From the NCBI GenBank assembly GCA_037447605.1, contig CM074818.1, forward strand, positions 2,058,617 through 2,122,616: DNA of 64,000 nucleotides, written 5' to 3'. Below, piece after piece: positions 28,777-46,772 of this stretch. A model generated the notes under the pieces. That model ran no database searches. It saw nothing but the letters and a program-made list of their open reading frames with translations, and was not told where the DNA came from. Positions within the stretch are counted from its first letter, which is position 1. The number at the start of each line of letters is the position of its first letter. This DNA comes from Zygnema circumcarinatum SAG 698-1b. Taxonomy: Eukaryota > Plantae > Zygnematophyceae. A program made the translations under genes and the position numbers.

Positions 28777-31303
28777 ATGGCTACCCTTTGCGGAGCCACG
28801 TGTCACCACGAGACGCTTCCTCTACTCAGACCCATTTCCCATGGCTCCTCTCACTCGTGGTATCCTCGCTACTCAGCTCGCCCTCCCTCCTCTCTCTCCT
28901 CCTCTCACTGTCTCTCCTGTCGGTCCCTCCCTTCTCTCTCTCCCTGCTCCCCGTCTCCCTCTTATCCCTCCCGCTCTCCCTCTCCTTCCTCCTCTCTCTC
29001 CTCCACCTCCCTCTCCCTCCCTCCCTCCCACCCCCTCCCCCACTTAAGACCCACCACCCCTCCACTCCGGCACCGCCGCCGCCATGCCCTCCGCCTCTCT
29101 CCTTCTCCTTCTCCCTCGCCCTCTCCCTCTTCGTCTCCCTCTCCGTTCCTCTGCTCCGCCTTCATCTCCCCTCCCGCTCCCCTCGAGCTCTCCGGCATGG
29201 AGGGAGGAGGTACGGAATCCATGGCTTCCGAAAGCTCTCCTCTGAACCCTAAAACTTTAAAGGACTCCGAAATTCCGGGAGCTACTCGGGGGCCTCCGGA
29301 GCCCGTGCTGACGTGGCGCCTTGTGACGTCACTCCTTTTAAAGGAGAAGGCTCGGCTGGCGTTAGCATTCATCACGCTGCTCGTAGGGACTATGTGCACT
29401 CTCGTAATGCCACAGTTTTCAGGTGGGTTCTTAATTTTAATTTTTAAAATTCAGGGTTTTAATCTTAATTTTTGGAGATGTGGGGTATGTTAGTTGAAGG
29501 GTTTTCTTTTAGATTTAATCTTAAATTGAATATCCTTAACAAACGAGTTGAAACCAAGCCGTTAAACCCAAGAAGTGGACCCCGAAAGCTGAACCACCCA
29601 AGAAGTTAAACCAAAAGACTAGACCTAAAAATCAATCCTGAAGATTCAACTTAAGCATACGTCCTACAAAAGGGTATAAGTTTATGATTTAAAAGCGCAA
29701 AAAGTACCGGCAAACGAAAGAAAAAATTACGAACCCTTTGAAAGAATTATCCCTATAAGAGCTAAAAAGTGCATGTAAACGTTTTTATTACAAAAATGAG
29801 TTACTCTCTTGAAGAATGCGTGGTAGCAAATAGGGGAGGAGCCAGACGAAGAAATAGAAATGGAGAGGAGGGGTGAGAGATGATGAATGAGGGAATGAAT
29901 GAATGAATGAGGGATGTAGAAGGCGGGAAGGAATCGGGGGGGCGATGGAATGGCAAGGAAGGAGGGGGAAACGATCGGCGGGGAAGAAAGAGAGAGAGAG
30001 GAGAGGGAGGAGGGAGGGAGCGACATAGAGAAAGCGAGAAGGAGAGTCAGAGGGCCAAACAAAACAACGGAGGGACGAAGGAAGCGAGTCACACACCCAC
30101 ACACAAAGAGAGACAGAGAGAGAGAGATGAAGAGTGAGAGATAGAGAGAGAGAGCGAGAGAGAGAGAGAGCGGGGGAAAGCATGCGAAGCGGGCTGGGTC
30201 AGAGAAGGCGAGTCGAGTCAGTCGCAGAAAAGGCAGAGAGAGAGAGAGAGAGAGAAAGAGGCCAAGCGAGTAAGGCTCTCTAGCTCTCCCCCCCGCTTGC
30301 TCGTTCGTTCGTTTGTTCGAGAGTGAGAGCTGGCTCAGTCGCTCGTTTGCTCGCTCTAGGGAGAGGGAGGGAGAGGGAAAGGCAGAGTGAGGGGGAGAGG
30401 GAGAGGAGAGGTAGAGCGGGAGGGCGACGGGTGGGAGGGAGGGAGGGAGGAGGGAGGGAGGGAGGGAGGGAGAGGGAGGGAGGGAGAGGGAGAGGGAGGG
30501 AGGAGAGGGAGAGGAGAGGAGAGGAGAGGGAGAGGGAGGAGGGAGAGGGAGAGGGAGAGGGAGAGGGAGAGGGAGAGGGAGAGGGAGAGGAGAGGGAGAG
30601 GGAGAGGGAGAGGGAGAGGGAGAGGGAGAGGAGAGGAGAGGGAGAGGGAGAGGGAGAGGACGAGGGTGAGGAAGAGGGTGACGGAGAGGGAGGAGGCTGG
30701 AAAAGAGAGAGTATGTTCACTCGCTCACTCAAGATAGAAAAGGCGCTAACCCTGTACCCTCCCTCCCCTTTCCATCCCCCTCCTCTCCCTCCCCCCTCCT
30801 CTCCCTCCCCCCTTCCCTCCCCCTCCCTCCACTTTTCGCACTTTCCCCCTCTCCACTCCCTTCCCCCTCCCTCCCTCCTCCCTCCCTCCCCCTCTCTCTT
30901 CCCTCTCCCCTCCCCCCCTTCCCCTTCCCTCCCCACTCCCTTCCCCTCCCTCCTCCCTCCCCTTCCCTCCCCCTCCCTCCCCCTCCCCTCTCCCTCCTCC
31001 CTCCCTCCCTCCTCCCTCCCCTTCCCTCCTCCCTCCTCCCTCCCTCCTCCCTCCTCCCTCCCTCCCTCCCTCCCCCTCCCCCTCCCTCCTCCTCCCTCCA
31101 GGCCGCTTCTTCGAAACCCTTATCGGCAGCCGGGCGGGCCCCCTCTCTCCGGTCCTCCTCTCCCTCGCGGCCGTGTACGTGTTGGAGCCGCTCTGTACGG
31201 TCGTCTACGTGACCGCGCTGGTGGGCGCGTGGGAGAGCGTGACGTCACGCCTACGCACGCAAGTGTTTGAGCGCCTTCTCGTGCAGAAGGTGGGCTCTCT
31301 CTT

Positions 31304-31384
<81 letters not shown>

Positions 31385-32006
31385 CTCGCTACTATTATTG
31401 GTTTTTTTTTTGTTTTTCATTTGCAGTTGAAAAAAGGTGGTGTTTATTTGTTAAGTTTTTTGGGATTTATCTGGGGAGCTTTGGGTGTTATTTTTGTGGG
31501 TTTCTTTCATTGGGTTTTTTTTTATTTTAGTCTCTTCTTTTTCCCGAGTGGAAGGGGAGGGGGGGAGGGGGTACAGTTTGCTTTTTTTGAAGGAGCTAAG
31601 GGGCTATTTTTCAGAAACCCTGAAGTGTTTGAAACTGAAATTCTAGAAAAGTATCCAAATTAGAGAGTGGGTTAGGAACTTCTTTCATTTGTGGAGTGCG
31701 AGTTTATTTATTTTGTCATTTTAATGTTTAAAAGTGTTTTTTGTCCGCAGGTGGAGTTCTTTGACCGCCACAATGTGAGCTCCTCTTCCTCGCTGACCCG
31801 CAGGTCGAGATTTGCTAGAGAGGGAGAGAGTTGGGAGAGGGGAGAGAGGTGGAGGGGGGAGAGTGGGGGAGAGTGGGGGAGGAGTGGGGAGAGAGAGAGA
31901 GTCCGCATGGGAGGGTGGAATGTATGTGGGAGAGAAAGACGGAAGGGGGGGTAGAGAGATAGAGGGAGGGAAGGGGGACAAGCTAGACGGAGAGTGCGAG
32001 GGGGAG

Positions 32007-32061
<55 letters not shown>

Positions 32062-35000
32062 CAACAAACGCGTGGGTTCAATCCTTTTGAGTTGTTCAAC
32101 TGCATAGGTTTACTCAGCTCCTCCATTAACCCTGCGGTCCTTTTAGGTTTTACCATTTAGTTAGGGCTAAACGTTGCACCCTGACATCTATGCTTGAAAA
32201 AACTTTAAAGCTTTATAAAAAGTACTAAATTCTTACATTTGCAGGTGGCGGAGCTGACCGGACTGATTGCGACGGAAATGGGCTCTGTCGACAAAGTGGT
32301 AACGGAAAACGTTTCAAGGGATCGAGGCTTCCGATCGCTATCTGAAGTATGGGAGCCTCTCCCTCTCCCTCTCTCTCTCTCCCTCCCTCTCTCTCTCTCT
32401 CTCTTCCTTCCTCCTCCCTCCCCCGTCTCTCCATTACTCCCACCCACATATCTCTCTCCCTCTTTTTCTCCTCCCACTTCCCCTCTCTTTTCTCTCCCCT
32501 TACCTCTCTCTCTCTCTCGCGGTATCTCATTCCCCCCTTCACTCTCCCTCATTCACCCCCATTTCTTGCTGTACCTCCCTTCCCCCACCCCATTCTCCCT
32601 CCCTCTCCCCACCACTGTCGCCTTACCTCCCTCCCCGCCCTCTCTCTCCCTCCCTCTCCCCCCCTCTCGCTTTACCTCTCCCTGCCCTCTCACTCCCCCA
32701 CCCTCTCCCTCTCTATCTCTGCATGAGAGCAGGTGTTAGGCACACTTGTCATTTTGTGGAACTTGTCCAAAGATTTGGCTCCCGCTTTCGGAATTTTGAT
32801 GCTCGCCATTTCTGCCGGTGTCGGTGAGTTTAACTTTCCACTTTCCCCCTCTCTCCTCAATCTCTCCCACTCGCCCTTTCCTCCTCTTCTTCTCTCTACC
32901 TCTCATTATTCTATCTCACTCTTTGACTTTACTCTTCCGTCTCTCTTTCCTCCATCCATCCCCGTTTCCCGCCACCCCTTCTCTGTGACCACTCTCAACT
33001 CCTCCCTCTTCTCTCTCACCTCCCTCCCCCTCCTCCCTCCCTCCCATCCTCCCTCCCTCCCTCCCTCTCCCGCCCCCTCCTCCCTCTCTCCCTCCTTTCC
33101 ACCCTCCTTCCCTCCCTCTCCCTCCCCTTCCTCCCTCCCTCCCTTCTTCCCGTCCTCCCTCCCTCCCGCCATCCTCCTCCCTCCCTCCCTTCCTCCCTCC
33201 GTCCCTCTCCCTCTCCCTCCTCTCTCCCACCATTCCTCCCTCCCTTTCTCTCCCTCCCCTTCCTCCCTCCCTCCCTCCATCTCCCTCCCACACTACCTCC
33301 CTCCCTCCCTTCTTCCCGTCCTCCCTCCCTCCCGCCATCCTCCTCCCTCCCTCCCTTCCTCCCTCCGTCCCTCTCCCTCTCCCTCCTCTCTCCTACCATT
33401 CCTCCCTCCCTTTCTCTCCCTCCCCTTCCTCCCTCCCCCCTTCCATCTCCCTCCCACACTACCTCCCTCCCTCCCTTCATCCCTCCCTCCCTCTCCCTCA
33501 CCCTTCTACCTAACTCCCTTCCTCCCTTCCTCCCACCTTCCCTCCCTCCATCTCCCTGCCCCACTACCTCCCTCCCTCCCTTCCTCTCTCCCTCCCTCTC
33601 CCTCACCCTCCTACCTAACTCCCTCCCTCCCTCCCTCCAGGAGTGTACAAGCGCACCACGGTGAAGTGGTTCCGGCGTCACGCCATGTCACAAGCAAAAG
33701 CCGTCGAATGCGCCAACGAAACCTTCGGCGCCATTCGAACAGTACCCTCTCCTCCCCTCCCTGTTTTTTATCCGTCCATTTGTACCCCTAAAAATTCTGA
33801 ATTAGTAACATATATAACACGCATAGGAATGACATAATTTTTTTCATCTATCCTCCTTTCCGTTTTCTACCATTAAAAAAATCTCCAACGGAATCCCCCG
33901 AACCCGAAGAATTCAGAGGACGTTCCCAAGCCTGAACCCAAAACCCCGATAACTGTATGACCTCTTTAACTCACAACCCCCCCTCCCCCCTCCCCTCCCC
34001 TCTCCCTCCCCCTCCCCCCTCCCCTCCCTCCCTCCCCCTCCCCCTCCTCTCTCCCTCCCCCTCCCCCACCCCCCTCCCCCCTCCCTCCCTCCCCTCCCCC
34101 TCCCTCCCTCCCCCACCCCCCTCCCCCCTCCCTCCCTTCTCCCTCCCCCTCCCCCCTCCCTCTCTCCCCCTCCCCCACCCCCCTCCCCCCTCCCCTCCCT
34201 CCCCCCTCCCTCCCTCCCCCTCCCCCCTCCCCTCCCTCCCTCCCTCCCTCTTCCCTCCCCCTCCCCCCTCCCTCCCTCCCTCCCCCTCCCCTCCCTCCCT
34301 CCCCTCCCTCCCTCCCTCCCCTCTCCCCTCCCGCTCCCTCCCTCCCTCCCTCCCTCCCTCCCTCCCCTCCCTCCCTCCCTCCCTCCTCCCTCCCTCCTCC
34401 CTCCTCCCTCCTCCCTCCCTCCTCCCTCCCTCCTCCTCCCTCCCTCCCTCCTCCTCCTCCCTCCCTCCCTCCCCAGGTCCGTTCCTTCGGCGGCGAGCGG
34501 CGTCAGATGCGGCAGTTCTCCCAGCAGGCCGCGGCCTCCCAGGCCTCCGGCCGCCAGCTGGCGCGCCTCAAGGCTGCCAGCGAGGCGTGGACCCGTACGG
34601 CCGTCTACGTGTCGCTGCTCGCGGTGTACGCGCTGGGGGGGGCCAAAGTCAAAGCGGTTAGTCAGTTAGTCAGTCAGGCAGTCAGTCACCCGGTCGGTCG
34701 GTCAACGGTGGAGTTTTCTTTTTTCTTGGTTTGTTTTTGATTCTATGTTGTTTATGTGATTAGTGTCTTTAAAGTTTGAAATGGAGGAAGGGTTTGGTTT
34801 GGGGTGATGTGGGGTGTGGCGTGTTCTGTGTTGGGTTTAACTGAACTGAACTGAAACTGTACGGTGGTGTGCAGGGAAAGCTCGGAGCGGGCACGATGAT
34901 AGCGTTCGTGGGGTACACCTTCACTCTCACATTCGGGGTACGCCTCTGCTTGTTTGTTTTGGGGCCCTTTTCTTAACTTCAATTATTGCCACATGTATAA

Positions 35001-37961
35001 AAAAATGTATATATATATATATATACACATCTGGACTTATAAATTCAGCTCTACATTTCTGGTTCTATTCTTATTTTTTTTATTTTTTCCCTTTTTTGGG
35101 CGGTACAAGGTGCAAGGGCTCGTGAACACGATCGCGGATCTGAGGAGTGTCTTTGCGGCAGTTGAACGGATCAACGCAATAGCGTCAACTGACTCCATGG
35201 ACGCCTCGCTGGCCGTTGGGCTCGAACGCGTGGCCAAAGGAGAGATCGACAGCTGTCGCGACGCCAGCGGCTTAACGGCAACAGTAACGGAAACGGAAAC
35301 GGAAACGGAGGCGCATGGAACCAACGGAGGAACTGTCGTCGAGAATCGCAAGAAGAGGGGGAACAGCGTGTGCGAGCTCGCCTGGACGGGTGACGTCACG
35401 CTGGAAGGTGCGGACTGCGATCCCAGGTTTAGGGTTAGTGTCTTACTAACAGTTCTCTCTCTCTTTCCCTCTCCCCAACTCTGTCTTTCTCCCTCTCCTT
35501 CTCTCTCTCTCTCCCTCTCTCTTCCCCTCCCTCTCCCTCTCTCTCTCCCTCTTTCGCCAACTCTCTCGTTCTCTCTCTCCCCCCCCCCTTCCTCTCCCTC
35601 TCCCTCTCTCCCTCTCCCCCTCTCTCTCTCTCTCTCCCTCTTTCTCTCTCTCCTCATCTCTCTCCTCCCCCCCCCCCTCCCAAGGACGTCGACTCAAAGA
35701 GTTACCATCCGAAACCCTGTACGGACGCATGGAACCCGTTCTGACTGACTGTACGGAGTGTACGGACGCCGGAGGGGGACAGGTGTCACGTTCTCGTACC
35801 CTCAGAGGGCGGANNNNNNNNNNGTTCCTTCGGCGGCGAGCGGCGTCAGATGCGGCAGTTCTCCCAGCAGGCCGCGGCCTCCCAGGCCTCCGGCCGCCAG
35901 CTGGCGCGCCTCAAGGCTGCCAGCGAGGCGTGGACCCGTACGGCCGTCTACGTGTCGCTGCTCGCGGTGTACGCGCTGGGGGGGGCCAAAGTCAAAGCGG
36001 TTAGTCAGTTAGTCAGTCAGGCAGTCAGTCACCCGGTCGGTCGGTCAACGGTGGAGTTTTCTTTTTTCTTGGTTTGTTTTTGATTCTATGTTGTTTATGT
36101 GATTAGTGTCTTTAAAGTTTGAAATGGAGGAAGGGTTTGGTTTGGGGTGATGTGGGGTGTGGCGTGTTCTGTGTTGGGTTTAACTGAACTGAACTGAAAC
36201 TGTACGGTGGTGTGCAGGGAAAGCTCGGAGCGGGCACGATGATAGCGTTCGTGGGGTACACCTTCACTCTCACATTCGGGGTACGCCTCTGCTTGTTTGT
36301 TTTGGGGCCCTTTTCTTAACTTCAATTATTGCCACATGTATAAAAAAATGTATATATATATATATATACACATCTGGACTTATAAATTCAGCTCTACATT
36401 TCTGGTTCTATTCTTATTTTTTTTATTTTTTCCCTTTTTTGGGCGGTACAAGGTGCAAGGGCTCGTGAACACGATCGCGGATCTGAGGAGTGTCTTTGCG
36501 GCAGTTGAACGGATCAACGCAATAGCGTCAACTGACTCCATGGACGCCTCGCTGGCCGTTGGGCTCGAACGCGTGGCCAAAGGAGAGATCGACAGCTGTC
36601 GCGACGCCAGCGGCTTAACGGCAACAGTAACGGAAACGGAAACGGAAACGGAGGCGCATGGAACCAACGGAGGAACTGTCGTCGAGAATCGCAAGAAGAG
36701 GGGGAACAGCGTGTGCGAGCTCGCCTGGACGGGTGACGTCACGCTGGAAGGTGCGGACTGCGATCCCAGGTTTAGGGTTAGTGTCTTACTAACAGTTCTC
36801 TCTCTCTTTCCCTCTCCCCAACTCTGTCTTTCTCCCTCTCCTTCTCTCTCTCTCTCCCTCTCTCTTCCCCTCCCTCTCCCTCTCTCTCTCCCTCTTTCGC
36901 CAACTCTCTCGTTCTCTCTCTCCCCCCCCCCTTCCTCTCCCTCTCCCTCTCTCCCTCTCCCCCTCTCTCTCTCTCTCTCCCTCTTTCTCTCTCTCCTCAT
37001 CTCTCTCCTCCCCCCCCCCCTCCCAAGGACGTCGACTCAAAGAGTTACCATCCGAAACCCTGTACGGACGCATGGAACCCGTTCTGACTGACTGTACGGA
37101 GTGTACGGACGCCGGAGGGGGACAGGTGTCACGTTCTCGTACCCTCAGAGGGCGGAGGTGGAGGTTCTGAAGGGGGTGAATCTGGCGCTGCCACGTGGCA
37201 CCGTCACAGCGCTCGTGGGCTCAAGCGGGGCAGGAAAGAGCACAGTTGTGCAGCTACTCTCCCGCTACTACGAGGTAGAGGGAGAGGGAGAGGGAGAGGG
37301 AGAGAATTTTCATTTTTATTTTTAAAATTTAATATTAATCTTAAACTCTTTGAAATGGGGTTGGGAATCGGAAACGGGAGGTTTGCAGTTTTGAAGTTTT
37401 GTTTTGTATCAGGTTTTGGAATGGAAAATAATTCGATTCGGTAGAGTTGTGACGGATTTTTAGGGTTTAGTGTTTACGTCTTTGCGTCTTAAAGGAAGGG
37501 GGAGGGCAAGGGGCCAGAAAAGTCAAAGGTTTTGAAGCTAGTTGGACATTTTTTTTTTTTTTTTTTTGGGGGCAGCCGAGCGGCGGTCGCATCACGTTGG
37601 CGGGCAGAGACGTGCGAACTTTCGATAAGAGCGAGTGGTCAAGAGCGGTCTCTTTAGTCAACCAGGTGCTGGTCAAACTCTAACTCCCTCTCCCTCTCCC
37701 TCTCCCTCTCCCTCTCCCTCTCCCTCTCCCTCTCCCTCTCCCTCTCGCTTTCTCTTCTCTCTCCCTTTGCAATCTTTTCTTTCTCTATTCCTCTTTTTTT
37801 TCATTCCCGTAATTTTTCGGGTGCAGGAGCCGGTCCTCTTCAACCTGTCCGTACGCGACAACATCGCGTACGGCCTCCCGGACGAGGACGTGACGGAGGC
37901 AGAGATTCAGGCGGCGGCGAAGGTGGCCAACGCGCATGACTTTATCGAGGGGCTGCCGCAG
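28777..37961 (+). CDS. ABCB28: ABC transporter B family member 28-like half transporter (plastid transit peptide); 3' exons missing at the gap 38330-38429
   Basis: Exons: 28777-29422, 31102-31289, 31751-31774, 32245-32346, 32733-32823, 33641-33741, 34477-34656, 34875-34937, 35110-35407, (duplicated segment), 37126-37274, 37576-37665, 37827-37961. Motifs: [44 protein letters not shown], Walker [11 protein letters not shown]-loop VNQEPVLF, ANAHDFI. The LSGGQ signature exon is absent before the gap. Confidence 0.95.
34481..37156 (+). repeat. Direct duplication of 1333 bp (34481-35813 = 35824-37156) across a 10-N gap
   Basis: The two copies appear identical by eye (offset 1343) and produce identical ORF translations. 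The junction lies exactly at an N-gap. Confidence 0.95.
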
Positions 37962-38819
37962 GTGGGAGAGGGAGAGGGAGAGGGAGGGGGGGAGGGGGAG
38001 AGGGAAAAGGGAAGGGGTAGGGAGAGGGAAGGGGAGGGAGAGGGAGAGGGGAGGGGGTGGGGAGCTGGGACGGAGAGGAGGGGAGGGGCGATGAGGTAGG
38101 GGGAGGTGGTGGGAGTGGGAGACGGGGAGGGGATGGGGAGAGGGAAGAGGGAAGGGGGAGATCGAAGGGGAGAGGGAGGGGAGTGAGGGGGAGGGAGAAG
38201 GAGCGGGATAGGGAGGTGGGAGAAGGGGAGGAAGGAGGGGGGAGAGGGGGGGAGAGACAGAGAGAGGGAAAGGGGTGGGGGGTTGGGCGAGAGGGGAGTG
38301 GGAGGGAACAGGGAAAAGGGAGAGAGTAGNNNNNNNNNNNNNNNNNNNNNNNNNNNNNNNNNNNNNNNNNNNNNNNNNNNNNNNNNNNNNNNNNNNNNNN
38401 NNNNNNNNNNNNNNNNNNNNNNNNNNNNNATGTTAATAACGGGGTTCAGACTAAATAAATGGCCATATCAATTTCGTACGCCTGCCGGGCGTATTTCGCA
38501 TTGGCTCGGTACGCATTTTTGGTATGGCTAGGTTCGGCGGAGCCGCGGATGCCGATCCGGAATTCGTACTCGAAAAAAGTGACTTTTCGATATACTGAAT
38601 TTGGGAATTTCGTACGCTCCGCGCTAAGTTTGACCCTCCCCCCCTAAAAATGCATATTTCGACTTGCTGGTTCAATTTTGTCAGTATTTACGCCTTTCTT
38701 TGCTCCAGTTCCAGTTGGATTTTAGAAAACTGCCGACGCTTGAATTGTGCGCTCACAGAACGGGTCGGAACGACATGTGAAAGGTCATCGACACATGGAA
38801 CTGTCCAACACAAAGGTAA

Positions 38820-39238
38820 CGGTCGGAAACCAGAAACTGCAAACTGGAAACCAGAAACTGGAAACTGGAAACTGGAAATTGGAAACCAGAAACTGAAAAC
38901 TGGAAACCGGAAACTGAAAACTGGACACCAGAAACTGGAAACTGGAAACCACAAACTGAAAACTGGGAACTGGGAACTGGAAACTGGAAACTGGAAACCA
39001 GAAACTGAAACTGGTAACCGGAAACTGAAAACGGAAACCAGAAACTGGAAACTGGATACCAGAAACTGAATAGTGGAAACCGGAAACTGAAAACTGGAAA
39101 CCAGAAATTGAGAACTGGAAACCAGAAACTGAATACTGGAAACCGGAAACTGAGAACTGGAAACAGAAACTGCAAACTGGAAACCAGAAACTGAGAACTG
39201 GAAACCAGAAACTGAATACTGGAAACCCGAAACTGCAA
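38820..39238. repeat. Tandem array of GAAACTG/GAAACCA-type 6-7-mers with higher-order 20-27 bp units
   Basis: About 420 bp of gaaaccagaaactg(aa/ga)aactg variants. Confidence 0.95.
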
Positions 39239-39265
39239 GACTGTAGGGAAGTTGTGGTTCTTTTA

Positions 39266-39778
39266 GGAGAACTATATACCCCCCCCCTTTTTGGTTATCC
39301 CGCCCCTGTTTTTTTTAAAAACCCACTCCCATTTTGGCAATTCCGCCCCCTCTCATTTTGGGATATCCCGCCCCCTACTTTGGACATTCCCCCCTTGTTT
39401 TCTCCTTCTCACACAGCAGCGCAACGTCCGTAAAGACATTCGCAAAGAGAGAGCAGAGCAGAGGAGAGAGGGAGAGAGAGAGAGGGGGAGAGAGAGAGAG
39501 TGAGAGAGTGTGAGAGTCTCTCTCTCTTACCCTCTCTTCTCTCTCTCTCTCCCTCTCTCTCTCTTAAAGAGCAGAGGCGCGAGAGAGAGCGCAGAGGAGA
39601 GAGAGACAAAAGGAGAGAGCAGAGGAGTGAGGGAGAATGAGCAGAATCTCCTCCCGAAATATCCAAAATGGGGGGTGGGGTAGCCAAATGGGAGGGGGCG
39701 GAATAGCCAAAATGGGAGAGTGGGGTTTCAAAGAAAATAGGGGCGGGATAACCAAAAGGGGGGGGTATATAGTTCTCC
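39266..39778. mobile_element. Non-autonomous TIR element (MITE-like), ~120-bp imperfect TIRs, 5-bp TSD TTTTA
   Basis: The left end GGAGAACTATATACCCCCCCCCTTTTGGTTATCCCGCCC is the reverse complement of the right end GGGCGGGATAACCAAAAGGGGGGGGTATATAGTTCTCC. TTTTA lies at 39261-39265 and at 39779-39783. The interior is non-coding GA/CT repeat. Confidence 0.8.
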
Positions 39779-41219
39779 TTTTATTTTGTACGCTTGTCGT
39801 CATCAAGCCGACCGGGTGACGTCACCTTTTTTACTTTCTTTCGTCATGTGGTTGCTAACGTTTTCGAACAGTTTAAAACTCAAAAAATTACCTTTTCAGG
39901 GACCCCATTTAGTTCGAATTTCCGACCGCCACGTGACAATGGGTTGACTGCCACGTGGCCAGCATTGAAGGCCGCGGGTTCCGTTTTATTATTTTATTTT
40001 CTATTTTTTCCTCTCTTTGACTTCAAGCGTTGACCAGAGGTTGCCACACTTGTGAAAATGCATTCTCATTGGCCAGCGGAAAAAACTGTATTCTATTCAC
40101 TTGTCACTTAACAGGACCCAGCCGTCAAATCATTGTCGACCAGATATCGGTTTACCACCGTCGATTACACATGCCTATCTAAAGTCGAACGGCTAGATGA
40201 GATCGGGCTGACCTTACAGAGATTATTAAGATCTTTGATTTGTCGGCTTTGAGAATCCGATTTACAGAATCTCTGAGATTATACTTGGTGTAACGTCACA
40301 TATCGTCACGTCACGTCACGTCATGTTTTTGGACTCTTATATCAACAGGCGGATCCTTGCCAGCTGTATAATTTCGTCGAGGAGTTTCAGGGCGTCAATC
40401 AGGTTTGTCTTGATCGTAAATTTTGTGAAGGTCGTTTGTCGTTTTTGTAAATTTAAGAGAAAAAAACAGCAGAAATGATGCGACAGCTGGCTTATCCTCA
40501 CTGGCGGCAGCTTCCTAATTCAACCTGCTCCGCTGGACGACAACATTCATAAATATTGTTTTTTTCTCTGACCGCAGACCCTTAGAGCTTTATCGCACCG
40601 TTACGATCGCTCTGGACGGCCACGATTTCTTCAATGCATTTCTCGGGCATATTAAAAATGTCTTTTGTGGCTCAAAGTAATTTCTCAAATGGCTACCCGA
40701 ACCCAACTTGAATGCGATCCCAGAAACGGCCGCTCATTGCTCCACAAAACAACAAAACCCTGCCGATATTAACCAACCGTCGCTCGCCACGTGGGCCATT
40801 ACCATTACTTTTGGCTCTCCCAACTATTGCGGGAGCCAACCGTTCCATGCCTGTGGACTGTTCAATAGCGAACTAGCCGCAATACCGCCCGTTCCATGCG
40901 TACGAACGCATGGAATTGTCACTCGTAACTCTAAACACATAGAACACTGGTCGCGTTTGTCGGTGCAGTTTGGACGTATTTAGGAGGCTAGGGACGCGCG
41001 GCGGAGGGGGTTTGACAGGGGCGAGGACAGGACGGGAGAGGGGAAAAAAACATTTTAAGGGGCGGGGGAGGGCCATAGGATTGTAAATAGTTTTGTAGCA
41101 TTATAGAAAGCGCGGGCAAGGCGGGAGTGGCAAGGCGAGGCACGGAGGCTAGGGAGAGGAGCAGCGGAAGAGAGAGAACGAGAGAGAAGGAGAGAGTGGG
41201 GAGAGAGAGGGAGGAAGAC

Positions 41220-46772
<5,553 letters not shown>

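Noticed and set aside
38430-38760. Post-gap segment with repeated TTTCGTACGC, possibly a transposon end
   Set aside because: No matching second terminus or TSD is visible in the window.
38688-39238. ORFs and CRISPR-like periodicity in the GAAACT array
   Set aside because: It is a simple satellite with no unique spacers, in a eukaryotic context with no cas genes.
40340-40420. Short helical-looking reading frame (LIDALKLLDEIIQLARIRLLI, minus strand)
   Set aside because: It is too short, with no start codon or partner exons identified.
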